Source: Azolla caroliniana
Lineage: Eukaryota; Plantae; Polypodiophyta
Direction: 5' to 3'
DNA length: 64,000 nt
Assembly (NCBI GenBank): GCA_043228905.1
Contig: JBHGNT010000009.1
Coordinates: 4,154,001-4,218,000, forward strand
Shown: positions 12,544-25,721 of the stretch, piece by piece
How the letters are laid out: each line of letters opens with the position of its first letter
How positions within the stretch are numbered: the stretch's first letter is position 1
Made by a program: the position numbers and the translations under genes
The notes under the pieces: model-generated
Database searches by the model: none
What the model was told of the DNA's origin: nothing
Seen by the model: the letters and a program-made list of their open reading frames with translations, nothing else

Positions 12544-14078
12544 TGTGAAATGCACATAAGAGATCAAAACCAGTCTACTTAGCTTCTTACTTCTTAATCA
12601 ATTTATAGTTGATACAACGGAACCCATTTGGGTTGGCTTGGCTTGGCTAAACATGGTGTGCTAAAAGGGTGGGTCAACTTGAGCACACGCATCCTAAAAA
12701 GGGTGAGCTAAAAGGGTGGCACAAAGGAACACATGCACAGCACATTTCCCCCCGGCGAGAAACAAGAGATTGAGGGGCATGAACAAGAACAGGACATGTA
12801 CATGAACATGAACAAGAACAAGAACAATGGCTTGTCAAAGGAGGGGGAGCATCTAATAGCAGGTTTCAAATGGAAATCCATTGATGATTCTAGTGCAAGG
12901 CGAGGGTTACACCCATAGAGTGCTCGAAAAGGGTTGATTTATGCAACCATCTCGTGTTTGAGGGTCTTGTTGAGGTGTTCGGTGAAGATGGCGTGGGAAT
13001 GTAAACATCTACGGACACGTAGTTGAGGTGCAACGACGTTGAGGACATCCCCGTGGAACTGTTGGCCTTGATAGTTGGACGGGGCTAATGATGAAAAACG
13101 AGCTATCAATCAGCGAATAGAGATCAATCACTCCTGTGGACTAAGGGCCACCTAAACTTTGATGATGTGGGGGACAAGAGGGCTATCGTGTCATCTCGGA
13201 GGGGGATCGAGGAAAGATCATATGGCGGCGAAGATAAATCGCTCCTGTGGATTGAGGGCCACCTAGACTTTGCTGAGGTGGGGGACATGAGGGCTATCGT
13301 GTCGGAGGGGGATTGAGGAAAGATCATATGGCGACGAATATCAATCGCTCCTGTGGACTGAGGGCCACCTGGACTTGGCTGAGGTGGGGGACAGGAGGGC
13401 TATCGTGTCAGAGGGGGATAGGGGAAAAGATCATTTGGCAAAGAAAGATCAATCACTCTTGTGGTCTAAGGGCCACCTGGACTTGACTGAGGTGGGGGTC
13501 AGGAGGGCTATCGTGTAGGAGGGGGATCAGAGAAACTCATGGGACAAGAAGTTAATGGGCAACCTAAGGTGAGGGGGAAGAGTTGGTGGGGCAAGACATA
13601 AAAGTTGTGTGAGAAAGCGAGAGTGTCTAAGGTGAAGGTGTAGTGGGCTTACGTGCTAGAGAGGTATAGATGGTGATCGCCAAAAAAGGACTTGGATGGA
13701 GGAAGCGGTGGATATCGGGAGGCCTAACTAGTGAACTAAGGCGGTGCTAATAGAAGAGATACTACTACAAGAGACTAACAAGAGTGTCGGTGATGGTGGT
13801 GAGGGCGATGCTACCTACGAAGTGGAAGAGGCGGATGCTTGGATGTGGGGGACTGGTACCCTGCTTCTCCACCAATATGTGAAATGCACATAAGAGATCA
13901 AAACCAGTCTACTTAGCTTATTACTTCTTAATCAATTTATAGTTGATACAACGGAACCCATTTGGGTTGACTTGGCTTGGCTAAACAGGGTGTGCTAAAA
14001 GGGTGGGTCAACTTGAGCACACGCATCCTAAAAAGGGTGAGCTAAAAGGATGGCACAAAGGAACACATGCACACCACA
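12544..14078 (-). mobile_element. Non-autonomous LTR retroelement (TRIM/LARD-like), 201 bp LTRs, tRNA-Ala PBS
   Basis: LTRs 12544-12744 and 13878-14078 (TGTGAAA...CACA, few mismatches); 4 bp TSD CTAT; PPT complement tttcccccc at 12745; PBS ggtaccctgcttctccacca (13855-13874) resembles the tRNA-Ala 3' end; no gag/pol ORF. Confidence 0.85.
13120..13530. repeat. ~105-110 bp tandem repeat x4 inside the non-autonomous element
   Basis: atcgctcctgtggactgagggccacct..acttggctgaggtgggggacaggagggctatcgtgtc recurs four times. Confidence 0.9.
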
Positions 14079-14726
14079 CTATAATCGTTTTAATTATTAT
14101 TTTTGAAAAAAACTTTAAATTTTAAGAAGTATTTAACATATTTTACAAGTATTCTACGCATTTAAAGAATTTTACACGTATTCTAAGTATTTAACGTATT
14201 TTATTTGTAAAATACTTATTCTATGTATTTTAAAAAAAAAGCTGGATCCAAAAATGCACTTGAAAATGAAAAATATAAAAAAGTTATTTGACAATAGAAT
14301 TCTTTTATATTCTTATAATGTAACCTAAACTCTCTTACCAGTTACCACATTCCTCTTGTAAATTTTCTTTTATATTCCTAGGATGTAACCTTTTCTCTTA
14401 TCAATCTTTGTTGTCTTGGCTCACTTAGATTGAGTAGTGCTATTAGCTTTTCCAAGAATGATTTCGAACCCAAGCTTTCCTAGCATTTTTGTTGTGACAT
14501 TGAAACTTTTTGGTGCAATGGGTTGGAAACGTGGATAATTTTGATAAAGGGTTCCATGAAATTCACTAAAATACCCTTCTAATTTTAGAGTTCTAACATC
14601 TCTCTCTCTCTCTCTCTATCATAATTAGCTTATTACCCTAGTGGTAAGTGTTGTTTACACTACTAGCATTACATCTTGGTTTAGAAACTCAAATTTCTCC
14701 CCTCCTCTTATTTCACTAAGGATGCC

Positions 14727-15092
14727 ATTATGGAGTGTAAGGATTGAACCCCTGACCACCTGGACTCCATTGGGCAACCTTACCAATTGAGCTACATTTT
14801 GGTCTTTATCTTTATCTCTCAGGATTACTCCGACCACTTCAACTTGGGCTCCATCGCGCAACATTACCAATTAAGCTACATCCATTTGGACTCTCTGTTT
14901 CTCTAGATTGAACCCATGACCACTTGATCTCCATTGGGCAACCTTACTAATATTGGGTTCAAAACCAAAATTTCTCACCTCTCTATTACACCATAGATAT
15001 CTATTATTTCACTAGATGTCATTGTGGAATGTAGGGGTTGAACCCATGACTATCTAGTTTCCATTGGGCAACCTTACCAACTGTGTTACATC
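14727..15092 (-). repeat. Cluster of four tRNA-derived (SINE head-like) units
   Basis: Minus strand of unit 1: ATGTAGCTCAATTGGTAAGG...GGTCAGGGGTTCAATCC (A box TAGCTCAATTGG, B box GGTTCAATCC); related copies at ~14820, ~14906, ~15020; no complete cloverleaf. Confidence 0.7.
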
Positions 15093-15159
15093 CATTTGGG
15101 CTTTTTTGGCAACAACTACAAAATATAACATTGATGCCAGGTCCTTTAACTCTACAAAC

Positions 15160-15225
15160 TGATGAGCAACTGTAAAGAATCGATGGTGATTCTTGTGCAG
15201 CAAAATAGGTTAGAGATGTGTGTTA

Positions 15226-15260
<35 letters not shown>

Positions 15261-15600
15261 GAGAGAGAGAGAGGGAGAGAGAGAGGAGAGGAGAGGAGAG
15301 AAACACATGATAGATAGGAAATAGAAATACTCAAGAAGATTGTATATTACAAAGGAGATTAACCGACACATTACAAAGTAGGAGGAGGGTGCTTTATATA
15401 GTCACCCTCTCTCTTCATTAACTACGAAGCTCATTGGTCATGGGAAACATGGAAACTCATTAGTTATGTGTCATAGAATACGATTCTATGACACATAGTT
15501 AATGCATAGAGAGTAATGGTGTGACTTTTGACCTTTGAGTGTTCATACACTCTCAAGGGTGTGTTCACACACTAGACTAGGTTGAACTTGATTCTCAACA
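15160..15600 (-). mobile_element. Probable solo or remnant LTR
   Basis: TG...CA ends, minus-strand TATATAAA (~15393-15400) followed by CT/CA microsatellite, PBS-like tggcatca at ~15132-15139; TSD not clean. Confidence 0.45.
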
Positions 15601-15674
15601 ACAACTATGACTTGATTTGCGATTATGGGGTCAAACTTTGTGTTTACAAGTGACAACGAATCTCATGTATCAGT

Positions 15675-17760
15675 ACTCCTTTGAGTCTATTCGACGGTTA
15701 TAATTTATGACTAACAAAAATCGAAAGTACACAACAGTGATTATGGATAGTGGTAGATCTTAAAATGTATTTGGCATTCTAATTTGCCACTTGTAGCGAA
15801 GGTCTTCATTTGGAAAATTTTGATTGGGTGTTTGCCTATGAGATTAACTCTACAACTTCTTTTCCATTTTTCAAGTGAAAACTATCACTAATCATTTCAT
15901 ACAATGTTTGATTGCTTGTCATATTAGAGTTGCATTTCTCAAAATTGCAAAACTTAGTTTTGTCATGGTGTTATTTCATGGTGTTTGCATGATTCACATA
16001 GGTTGACCCAAAATCTGAAATAGAGATAATTTTCCTATTTTTGAGATATTGGGGATTGCATCATAATTGGGATATGCACAATGCTTTTGTAGTTGATGGT
16101 AGGCATGGAGTCAAAGCATATCTATGAAAGTTGAAGGGAGTAATAATGCAGCAAATATCTTTATTGGAGCAAGTAGAAATACTTTCCTTAGATTTTCTTT
16201 CTACCAAAATGCTTTGTTATGCTTGTTGAACCTGTAGAATGAGACTCTATCTTTATTCATGATTTGCAAGGAATTTATTTCAATTGGTTCACTAGATCAC
16301 AAGCTGGAGATAAGTGTACTCGAATGGTTGACATTCGCTTAATGTTCGTCTTGCCCGTTGGCAATTCAACATGTTCGACTACTAGTGTTGTGGTGACCGT
16401 ATTCCATTGTGGTATCATTGTAGAGTTTTTCTCACACATTTATCAATATAATTGTATGTTTTCACTAAGAGAGAGAAGGCTCGGGGAGAGTTGGAATATT
16501 GGACTTATCTACGGAAATGAGTCTTGTAGATTTTCATTATTGCAAGACACGTGTTTAGAATCACAACCATGGATATCTATTGCTCAATATTTCAATGAGA
16601 ACAAGGGTTTAACACATGGGAGGATAACTATTAAGGCATATTTGTGGCAATTATTGAATGTATGTATTTCATTAAGATTTTTGGCTCTTCATGTGTTAAA
16701 CACTTGGTTATCTCCTGGCAAAATGCGTTCTCATTGTAATTCTTTACAAAAAGAGTCGCGTGTGTATTCTCAGTTATTATGTTGGCTTGGAATGGAGAGA
16801 TTATGCTCTTAGTTTAATTGTTTGTTTCATTTGGGGGTCAAAGAGGTGGGAGATATAGTTGAGGCTCCATATTGCAGAATTTTGGAGTTCGTTGAAGTGC
16901 GATAATTAGTACGCATCCCACTTAATTATGAGTTTATCTAGAAATAACTACAAAATATTGCATTGATCAGGCAAGGTCATTTACCTTTACAAAAAGAAGA
17001 GCAACTGTGGATTGATTGGTGTTTACAAGGTCAAACACCGTTTTCGCAAGTGACTACCAATCTTTTGTATCATTGCTCCATTGAGTCTCTTCGATGGTTA
17101 TCATCTAAGTCTATAGAATGATGGAAAATACATAACTCTAATCATGGATGGTGGCGGATCTTAAAATGTAGTTGGCATTCTAAATTGCCACTTGTAGGAA
17201 ATGTCTTTATTTGGAGAATTTTGATTGATTGGGGTTTGCCTTTGGGATCAACTCTAAAGTGACGTGGACTAACAACGAGCAACTACTTCTTTTGCATTGT
17301 TCAAATGGAAGATAGTACTCATCGTTGCATACAACGTTCAATTGCTTATCATATTTGGAGTTACATTTTTCGAATTTGGCAAGTTTTATCACGGTGTTAT
17401 TTGACGTTTGGACAATGGGTGTTTGCACAATTCACATAGATTAACCCAAAATCAGAGATGGCGATCGTCTTCGTATTTCTAAGCTAATGGGATTGCGTCA
17501 TAATTGCGATATGCGCAATGCTTTTGTATTTGATGGTAAGCATGGAGTCAAAACATATATACGAAAGTTGAAGGGAGTATTAATGTGACAATTTTTTGCA
17601 TTGGAGGAAGCGAAAATTCTGTCCTAAGCAGAGTAATCATCTTGCCGATTGACAATTCAACATGTTCTACTACCCTTGTAGTTAGTTAGAGGGTGACACC
17701 CATTGTAAGTAGTGTTTTTCACATACATTTATTAATAGTGGCTATGCTTCAATTGGAATA
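15675..17760. repeat. Diverged ~0.7 kb duplication (about 15675-16450 and 17075-17760) flanking a degenerate LINE-like remnant
   Basis: shared blocks such as gatcttaaaatgta.ttggcattcta and catggagtcaaa.catat.ta.gaaagttgaagggagta; IKAYLWQLLN...C motif at ~16620-16790 resembles the LINE zf-RVT region. Confidence 0.6.
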
Positions 17761-18299
17761 TGCTTTGATTCGCAAGTTGGGGTGAGAAAATATGTTCGAA
17801 AGTTAAAAAAAGAACTTCTTTTGTGGCAATTGATAGTGCTAGAGAAGTCACGAAAGCTCAAGCATGAAGAGAGAGAACTCTGCAAGGTCACGTATCATCA
17901 TATTCGCCATTTGAATTGGTGTGTAGGGTGGCATTGAGTTTGGAGTCGTAGTAGTATTTAGATCCCTAGATAGATAGAAGGGTTCTATACTTTGTAGTAA
18001 GTTAGTCATCACGGTGTTTTTTCTTTCGTAATGAATCCATTATTTAGGACAAAAACAGAGAGATTTTTGAGAGCCCTTATTTATTCTTAGAAATGAGAGG
18101 GACTTGGAGAGCGGGGGTAATTTGGAGAATTTTGAGAAGGGTAGTTTGTATGGAGATATCGAATTATGAAGAAGTAAAAGGGAAGAAGAAGCGATGTAAT
18201 GTCACTCTGCTCGTCTTCTTCTTCTTCTTCTTCAGAGGATGATCATCGTTGGTTGGCTATGGATTAGCAGAGCTCTGAACCAAGACGCCCTCCATAGCC

Positions 18300-20585
18300 A
18301 TGGAGGGCGATGAAGACCTTTCAGCCTCACAGACCTCTTCATCGCGCCTCCTCCCGAGCTCCCCTCCCATTCCCCTCCCATTTCCCCCCCGTTTCCTCCG
18401 TAACTCCAGAAACGCCATCCTCTTCAAGCCCCAGCCTCTTATTCAGCACCGCCTGAAGAAGAAACAGAGACAGAGACATGGCACACGGATTCAAGACGAG
18501 GATTTAAACCTTCGTTATCATCATCATTCTATTTGTCGACATGAAATGGAACAGAGTAACGCTTCTCATGGTGACACCTCTGGTCATCATGATCTGAATA
18601 TTGCCTATGAACAGACCAAACAGCAAGAAATGAAGGTTATAAACAGTATTCATTCTTGTATTGCTGAAAGTAGCGAGTTAAGTAGCGGGGATACATGGAG
18701 CGAAAATGAAAGATGTAGCAGTGGTGAAGGTGAAGGTGAAGATGAAGATGAAGATGAAGATGAAGGTGAAGATGAAGATGAAGAGGAAGGTGAAGGTGAA
18801 AATAAAGATGAATATGAATATGAATATGAAAGAGGTTTTGTATCTCCTCTCAAGGCTTTATCTCACATAGCCCACATAAAGAGGAAACAACACCATATGA
18901 TGACGAAACATTATAAAGAAGAAGATAAAGAAGGAGATTTATCAGAAAGCTTGAACCAGCCGTGTGTTGCTGTTGAACATGATCAAGAGATGGTCACCTC
19001 ACCAAAGAAGAAGCTCCAACAAGTCCACTTTCAGCTAGAACCTCTAGGTAATAAACTACAATATCGGCATTTATCTTAGTCACACCAGTTTGTTAATATT
19101 GCCCTTCAATCATATCCTCAAGATTAAAATTATGAAGAAATTTTATAAGGTGTGATAGAATCTTAGTTTTCTTCCGAATCATTGTGTTGTTGAAAGGGCT
19201 CTATTATGGGTTTCATGGGTATTCAGAAACGTTATATCAGTGTCAATGTCATAAAGCCATTAGAACCATCACTTTAAATTTGCGCGATCTCAGTCCAAAA
19301 TAATGAGTGAAACATCAAACCTATTGCTCATTGCTCAAGACTTAATGCTGCAAAGCATAAGCTTTGCCTCCACATCACCATACTTATGCATCTACACCAG
19401 TACTTTTTGGAGACATTGAAAGTTTCTCATATACTGCATAACTGCTATATTTTCACATTAATATTCAGCACAGAATGTCTTGTGTATCATACAAAGAATG
19501 TACCCTTTTCAATATGCCTTTCATGTAATGTACACCACGTATAACTATGATATTATTAACAATGGCAGTTTATGAGAAGTTGATGCGTTTGCTTATGGAT
19601 CGTTATGAGGGGAGTTTCGAGAACTTCATGCTTTCTATCCTTGAGGCGAATGTGAAACTAGAAAAGAACGAGAGAGGAGTTGATGCAGAAATGGCAACAC
19701 TTGTCAGGAAACCAGCCTTGTCCAAGTGGAAAAGAGCAAGGTATATCTACAATTGCCAAACATTGTTTTGCCAATGGGCTTCGCAAGTGAAGGAAATGAT
19801 CATAATTGTGAAGTAGTATTGTGAAGGTTTGATCAGCTCAAAGGTATTGAAACTCAGGAGCTTGTTCAAGCTTTCCGATCCCTTGCCAAGTCGAGGTCTT
19901 GTGTAGAAGTATCGGTAGACTTGTTGAACACCCCTTGGCAAGAGCTTAGTATGTCTCAAATCCAGAAGGTAGCCTGAAAGATCTTGTGGTATTGCTTGCT
20001 AGAGAACATTGTCAATCTTATGTTGATTCTGTGTGTGTAGATGCTAGATGAAACTAAAAAGATGCTTTTTGTGAACGAGAAAATGTATGGGTGCCAACAT
20101 CCAGATTGTGGCCGTAAGTTCACAACGCCTGGTAATCTGAGAGACCATCTAAATGAGCACAGGTATGTGTCATTCACATATGCATACACTTATATGTAGA
20201 CATACACATATATGGATACACATGCTTGAATAAAAGGTTGTTTAAGAAAACTGTCTAATTCTCTATAAGATGGTTGCAGTGGAGACAAACCATATAGCTG
20301 CAGCTTTGAGGACTGTCCTCATCGATTCACAAGTAAACAGCTACTTTGTAGGCATATGAAGAAGCATGAACGTGCTCATCGATGCACATTTGAGGGATGT
20401 AACAAGAGATTTGCCTTCAGAGAGAGATTGGTGAGTCGACATAACTCTCCAAGCATACTCAATGAAAAATTGCTCACATTGGCAAGAGGATGTAAAACTA
20501 AATTTACAAAGATAGATATATGCATTTTGGGGGAACATATTAATGAAGCTATGCTGTAATGTGAGGAGAATTCACAACAGACCAG

Positions 20586-20625
<40 letters not shown>

Positions 20626-21195
20626 ATAACCAAATTACAGAGATAGATATATGCATTTTTGGAGACCGTATTAATGAAGCTATGCTTAAAATTTAGGAGA
20701 ATACACAACATATTAGTCACATTATATTGTATATATATAGCTAATCAATTGTCGTGTCTTCATGGTCTCCCTTGATGCCTTTGATACTTACTCCAGAGAA
20801 CAACCTAACATAGATACTAGGTAGATTTCAATGATGTGTGAGGGTTAATAAAGCTGATTCCATTACAGATAGTACATCAAAAGATTCATAGTGATGAGAG
20901 GCCACTCTCTTGTCCATGGGAAGGATGTGGAAAGACTTTCAAGTGGGCCAACTCTTTGCATGGCCACATGAGGACCCATACCGGAGAGAAACCATTTCAA
21001 TGCACGTACGTAGAAAGAAATGGTCAGGTTTTTAATATATTGCAAATGCCATGTGTATTCAGAAGTATACTAATACAAAACAAGGATATTTTTGTTTGCA
21101 GATTTTCTGGTTGTGGCCGGTTATTTGGCTACAAAGTGGACTTAACTCGTCACAGGAGAACTCATTTTGGGCAACCGGCAAGATCAAGTCACTAG
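18300..21195 (+). CDS. C2H2 zinc-finger protein, ~521 aa, acidic N-terminal region plus five tandem C-terminal fingers (REF6/ELF6-like finger array, no JmjC)
   Basis: Exons 18300-19047, 19569-19740, 19827-19968, 20041-20162, 20280-20430, 20869-21005, 21102-21195, all GT-AG with consistent phases (1566 nt); fingers CQHPDC..HLNEH, CSFEDC..HMKKH, CTFEGC..HQKIH, CPWEGC..HMRTH, CTFSGC..HRRTH with SGDKP/SDERP/TGEKP linkers. Confidence 0.9.
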
Positions 21196-22449
21196 CACTT
21201 TTCTATAAACCCTCAATTCTAATGTTAGTTTGAGTGTGCGTGTGTAGTTTTCTGTGTTCATGTGTATAATGTTGTGCATATTCTTATATGGTGGTGTGTG
21301 TACATGAACCATGTATCCATTTCTCTCACTACCCTGATTAATCTACACTTAATTTTACTCTATGGTAAAGGGACTAACATTGCTTATATACAGCTATAGA
21401 AACAAATCCCCGTCTTTATAAACTTGGAGTGATGTTTTGTTAAACTTTAGCTTAATATGCATATACATGGGGGAAACTACTAAAATATGCTCGCATACAT
21501 ATGTATGTCAGGAAGGAAATATAAAAGTCCCGGCATGCCTATTTATGGAAGTATGCTTGGTAAATATAATTGCTTAAATGTGCATTTCTTTGCTGCTACC
21601 CTTCTTAGAGTGTCTAGAAATGAATTTGAATCCATAGGATTCATTCCTTAAGTTGGTGACTCATGATTCACAATGTAAACAATACATCTAAGTCAATATA
21701 CAACAGGAACACACTGGCTTCAATGTTACTTACCTCCCATCAACTAAATAAAAAATCAGGCACAATCTTTAAACTACTATTTTTTAAAATTTCTTAAATA
21801 TATACGACAGACCACCGTTAGATAACAGGAAATAGTTTTAACATAAAGGTTGTACTCACAATGAACAAAGGGAATATTTTCCTTCTTAATACACTTCATC
21901 TACAGAAAAGGTATAAGTAATGATGGATATAGTCATTTGTACTGTTACATTCCAATAAAGTATCCGTATAATTTATGGGCATGTCATCGGAATTTGGTTC
22001 ATGAGAACACTTGAAATTCTATCCTTTTTCTAGATCTTAACATCTTTAGAGAGGTCTATAGTTTTCATTGAATGATATACCACAGGGCTAACTAAGATCA
22101 GCACTCAGTATGGATATAGAATATTTACAATCATGTCAATCCTATTCTTTAACTACTTTTGTCTTATAATTTATGCTTTCTTCTTGCTTACACTTGCATA
22201 CCACTATAATAAAGTTATTAAAACTTGTTGAAATAATTAGAGTGTGATTAATGTGATAGACAATGAGAGGTATATGCACTTGTGAGTGTGAGAGAGATGT
22301 ATACATAATGATACAAGAATGAAGAGAGGCTACATTTCTATTTTACTTAAAAGGGTGGTATATGTACCTTTTATGAATGTAGTGTTGAACTCACTAGTGA
22401 TCTGCTTCCACTTGTTATGCTTTCTTGTATTTGCATATTCGTTGCATTT

Positions 22450-24500
22450 TTTGGCATCACCTTGTATACTACAATTGTGGTCCAGTTGTTGGATTCCTCG
22501 GCCACTCCTAGACTTTGCTAGCTTGTCTGCTCATATGACCTTTGTAAAACATGTGACCTATCTAAAGTTAGGTCTTGCCGTGGGCAAGATTGATGTTATG
22601 TATTGGCAAGGATCCATCCCTTATATGAAGTGGTTTCTGAACAGAGAAATAGCATGAACCAGACGGCCTTCACATGCAACCATTCACTACACCTCTGTTT
22701 GCAAGGGAGAGCAACCATGGGTTACTTTGGTTCCCAGAGAGAGCATATATCTGCAGGATTCCCTGCCCGATCAGCTTCCATGTAGCAGTTTAGCTCAATC
22801 TATGCTGATGCACCATATAAACTGGTCCAAATTTGGTTGCAGATCTTCACATACCTTAAGTAATTGTTGTAGTGAAGTGAAGGTGCGGATTGCAAGGATT
22901 CTGCATGTACTGACTGACTTATTTGTCCTATTGCATAACTCCAAGTCTTCTGTGAGGGATGGTGAGATGAATTAGACTGCCTACAATCTGCGTGTATATT
23001 TTCAGACCCTCTAACTTTGGATTGTTGTGATCATCGGCATCCAGATCCATATTTGTTGATTTGTTGAATCATGAGGCTATTTCTTTTGGAGACTATTTTT
23101 TTCTGGTTGTCTTCATCTTCTTTATAATCAAATTATAGCATCTATAGATACCCTACAATCTGCTTGTATATTATCAGATCCTCTAACTTTGGATTGTTGT
23201 GATCATCACCATCCAGGTCCATATTTGTTGATTTGTTGATCCACGAGGATATTCCAAAAGATAATTTCTTTTGGAGACTATATTTCTGGTTGTCTGCATC
23301 TTCTTTCTAATAAAATTATAGCATCTCTGAAGCCCTTCTCTGCAAAGTACGTGATGTACACATACTTCTCCACCATTCAAATCCAGCTTGCTTCTAGCCT
23401 TTGTTAGAAGATTTACATAGGCTACTAAGCCAAAATCTTTCAAATGTGAAAGGGATTGGCGTTCTTCCCTTAAAACTTCTCGTTCTTCACATGCTGGTTT
23501 GGTTTGCAACCATTCACAACGCATACCTGCATACGCCTATTGTGTTGGGGCATCATCTTCTTTCCTTGATCACATCCATGGATCTTGCACACTCATCTGA
23601 GAAAAATAGTAAAATCTCTCTCTCTTCCATTTATGTACACCTCTGTTTCTCCCTCCACGTATGTGGAGATTCTTCCAATTTTGTTTGATAGGGCAAATTT
23701 TTTCTGAATCCATTGCTAATTACAGCTAGGGAACCCCTACTCTTTTGCATCTCATGACCTGTTTGCTAATTTAGACTGGGATTATCTATATGTGTAAGGA
23801 AAACATATGGAATCTCATTTAACAAAATTTAGCCCTAACCAATTCAGGTAGCATGTTGATTTGTTTTGCATGTTTCCTATGAACTTGGTCAATCCTTTGG
23901 TATGTATGTATGTCTCCCAAACCTTATGGTATTCCTCTTTCAATCACGACACGTGACTAATCAATTTGCTCCCAGTATTTTCACTTGTAACCATTCTCCC
24001 TCATACTCTTGTTAGTGAAACATAGCAACTACTTCACACATTAGATCAATTCCACATTGCAGATTTTTGTACACAAACTTTTATTAAGACGGAGGATGTG
24101 CACTCTCAACAGCAATGTATGTTGTAAAATTTATGAACATTGGGAGTCAACACTACTCAACTCAAAACATGCTACTTGAAAATGTTTTACTTTGGTCCCA
24201 TAAGCCATACTTGACTTTGGAGACTGATAGAAGTGGAAATGTTTGGACCTCTAACTTTCTTTGTATCTAATGCCCTCAAGCTTCAATCACAATTTGAACC
24301 ATGACCAATCCCTTTCAACCCAAATTTGCACTCTCAAGTTCAAGTTGCAACATGCATTAGTAAAGTTCTTGTATGTCGAAAATCATTAATCCACTTCTTT
24401 GAGTCGAGGGAAATTTTTTGTGCTCCCCCAATGGCAACATTCCTTAGTAAAGCTCTTGAATATCGGGAATAACTTCTCCGTTTCTCAAACTCAAACCAAA
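22450..24500 (-). mobile_element. Highly degenerate Copia remnant; boundaries approximate
   Basis: LSHLKDFGLVAYVNLLTKARSKLD...LQRCYN..RKK..TRNIV resembles the Copia integrase C-terminal LKVFGCLAYVH..KRSKLD..GYRCY..SRNV; internal ~173 bp tandem duplication at 22980/23153. Confidence 0.6.
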
Positions 24501-25721
24501 ATATCTATGAATTCCATCATCTCTCAATGTAATTCCCATACTTTATATGAATTAGTTGGTGATTTACTTTATATGAACTAATGGGGTTTGTGGCAACATT
24601 GAATGGTGTATGACACAATAAAAATTTGAGTAGAAACATGGTGATTATCATTGATGGAGGATGTTGCCAAGTGTAAAACTCCAAAGATATATATATATAT
24701 ATATATGACTTAATTGAGGCCTCAACACTTACATGAATAATGATCAATTATGCTCCATATCTATATCCATATGTAGTTTTCCAAAGAATAATATATGTTG
24801 TGATATTAAAATTTACACCGGAGTTTATTTGGTAAGTTAGTTAATACGGTTTGGGTTGTTGAACATCGAATAAAATGTGGTTAAACAACTTAATGAATTG
24901 GGTTATGTTTTTGAATGAGGACAATGTACTAGTTTTCATGAAGTCAATGTACAACTCTATCTATAGATTATCAAATTATAAAAGAACAGGACCTTGTTTT
25001 TTTCTCTAGAATTCACCATGAGTATCTTCACATACATAATCAATACAATTGAAATACATTAAGCTAATGAGATTTCAGACATCAAGCATACATTAGGGAC
25101 ATTGAGCTAGTGAGATTTCATACATTTTCACATGAGTTCATGAGATTTCCATTCAAAGTGTGAACATATCATTGGAATACATATGAATGCTTTTTAGACC
25201 ATGACACGTTCTAACAATATAAAGAAGACTAGAATAGAGCATATTACAAACAACGTCTGAAATAGACTTGCTTTTCTGTCCACATGAATATACGATCGGT
25301 AGACTTTAGAGTGCAAAACGAGAGAGTCAATCGTTGAAGATTCCATAAGGGCAGGATACCTTTTTTTTAAAAATCTTTCTTGTTTGTTGGGTTAAAAGGT
25401 GGAGCAAAAGTATAACACATTGCTTTTTAAGCATGAAGACACCCGAGCAAATTACCAAAAAGAAAAGGAAAAACAACATGTTTTAGGTGGGGAACAAACA
25501 CATTTTGGTTTGATTGGGTTGGGGGGGGGGGGGGGGGAAGTTAGGGAAGGGACAAAAAAGTAGTTCACGTAAAAGTGAAGCCCTAAAGAGACATATATGT
25601 ATAATAATAATAATGTATTTTCTTTATTTTTATGTTTGGGGCAGGGGTATTTTTTTTTGGTTAATATAGATTAATAATAATATGTTGTTGATGGGATGGG
25701 ATGGGATGGCATGGTGGTGTG

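Noticed and set aside
14727-14797. Functional tRNA gene (same for the 35337-35400 module)
   Set aside because: A/B boxes present but acceptor and anticodon stems do not form; treated as tRNA-derived
18300-19079. Stand-alone 259 aa ORF
   Set aside because: It is exon 1 of the spliced zinc-finger gene read into intron 1
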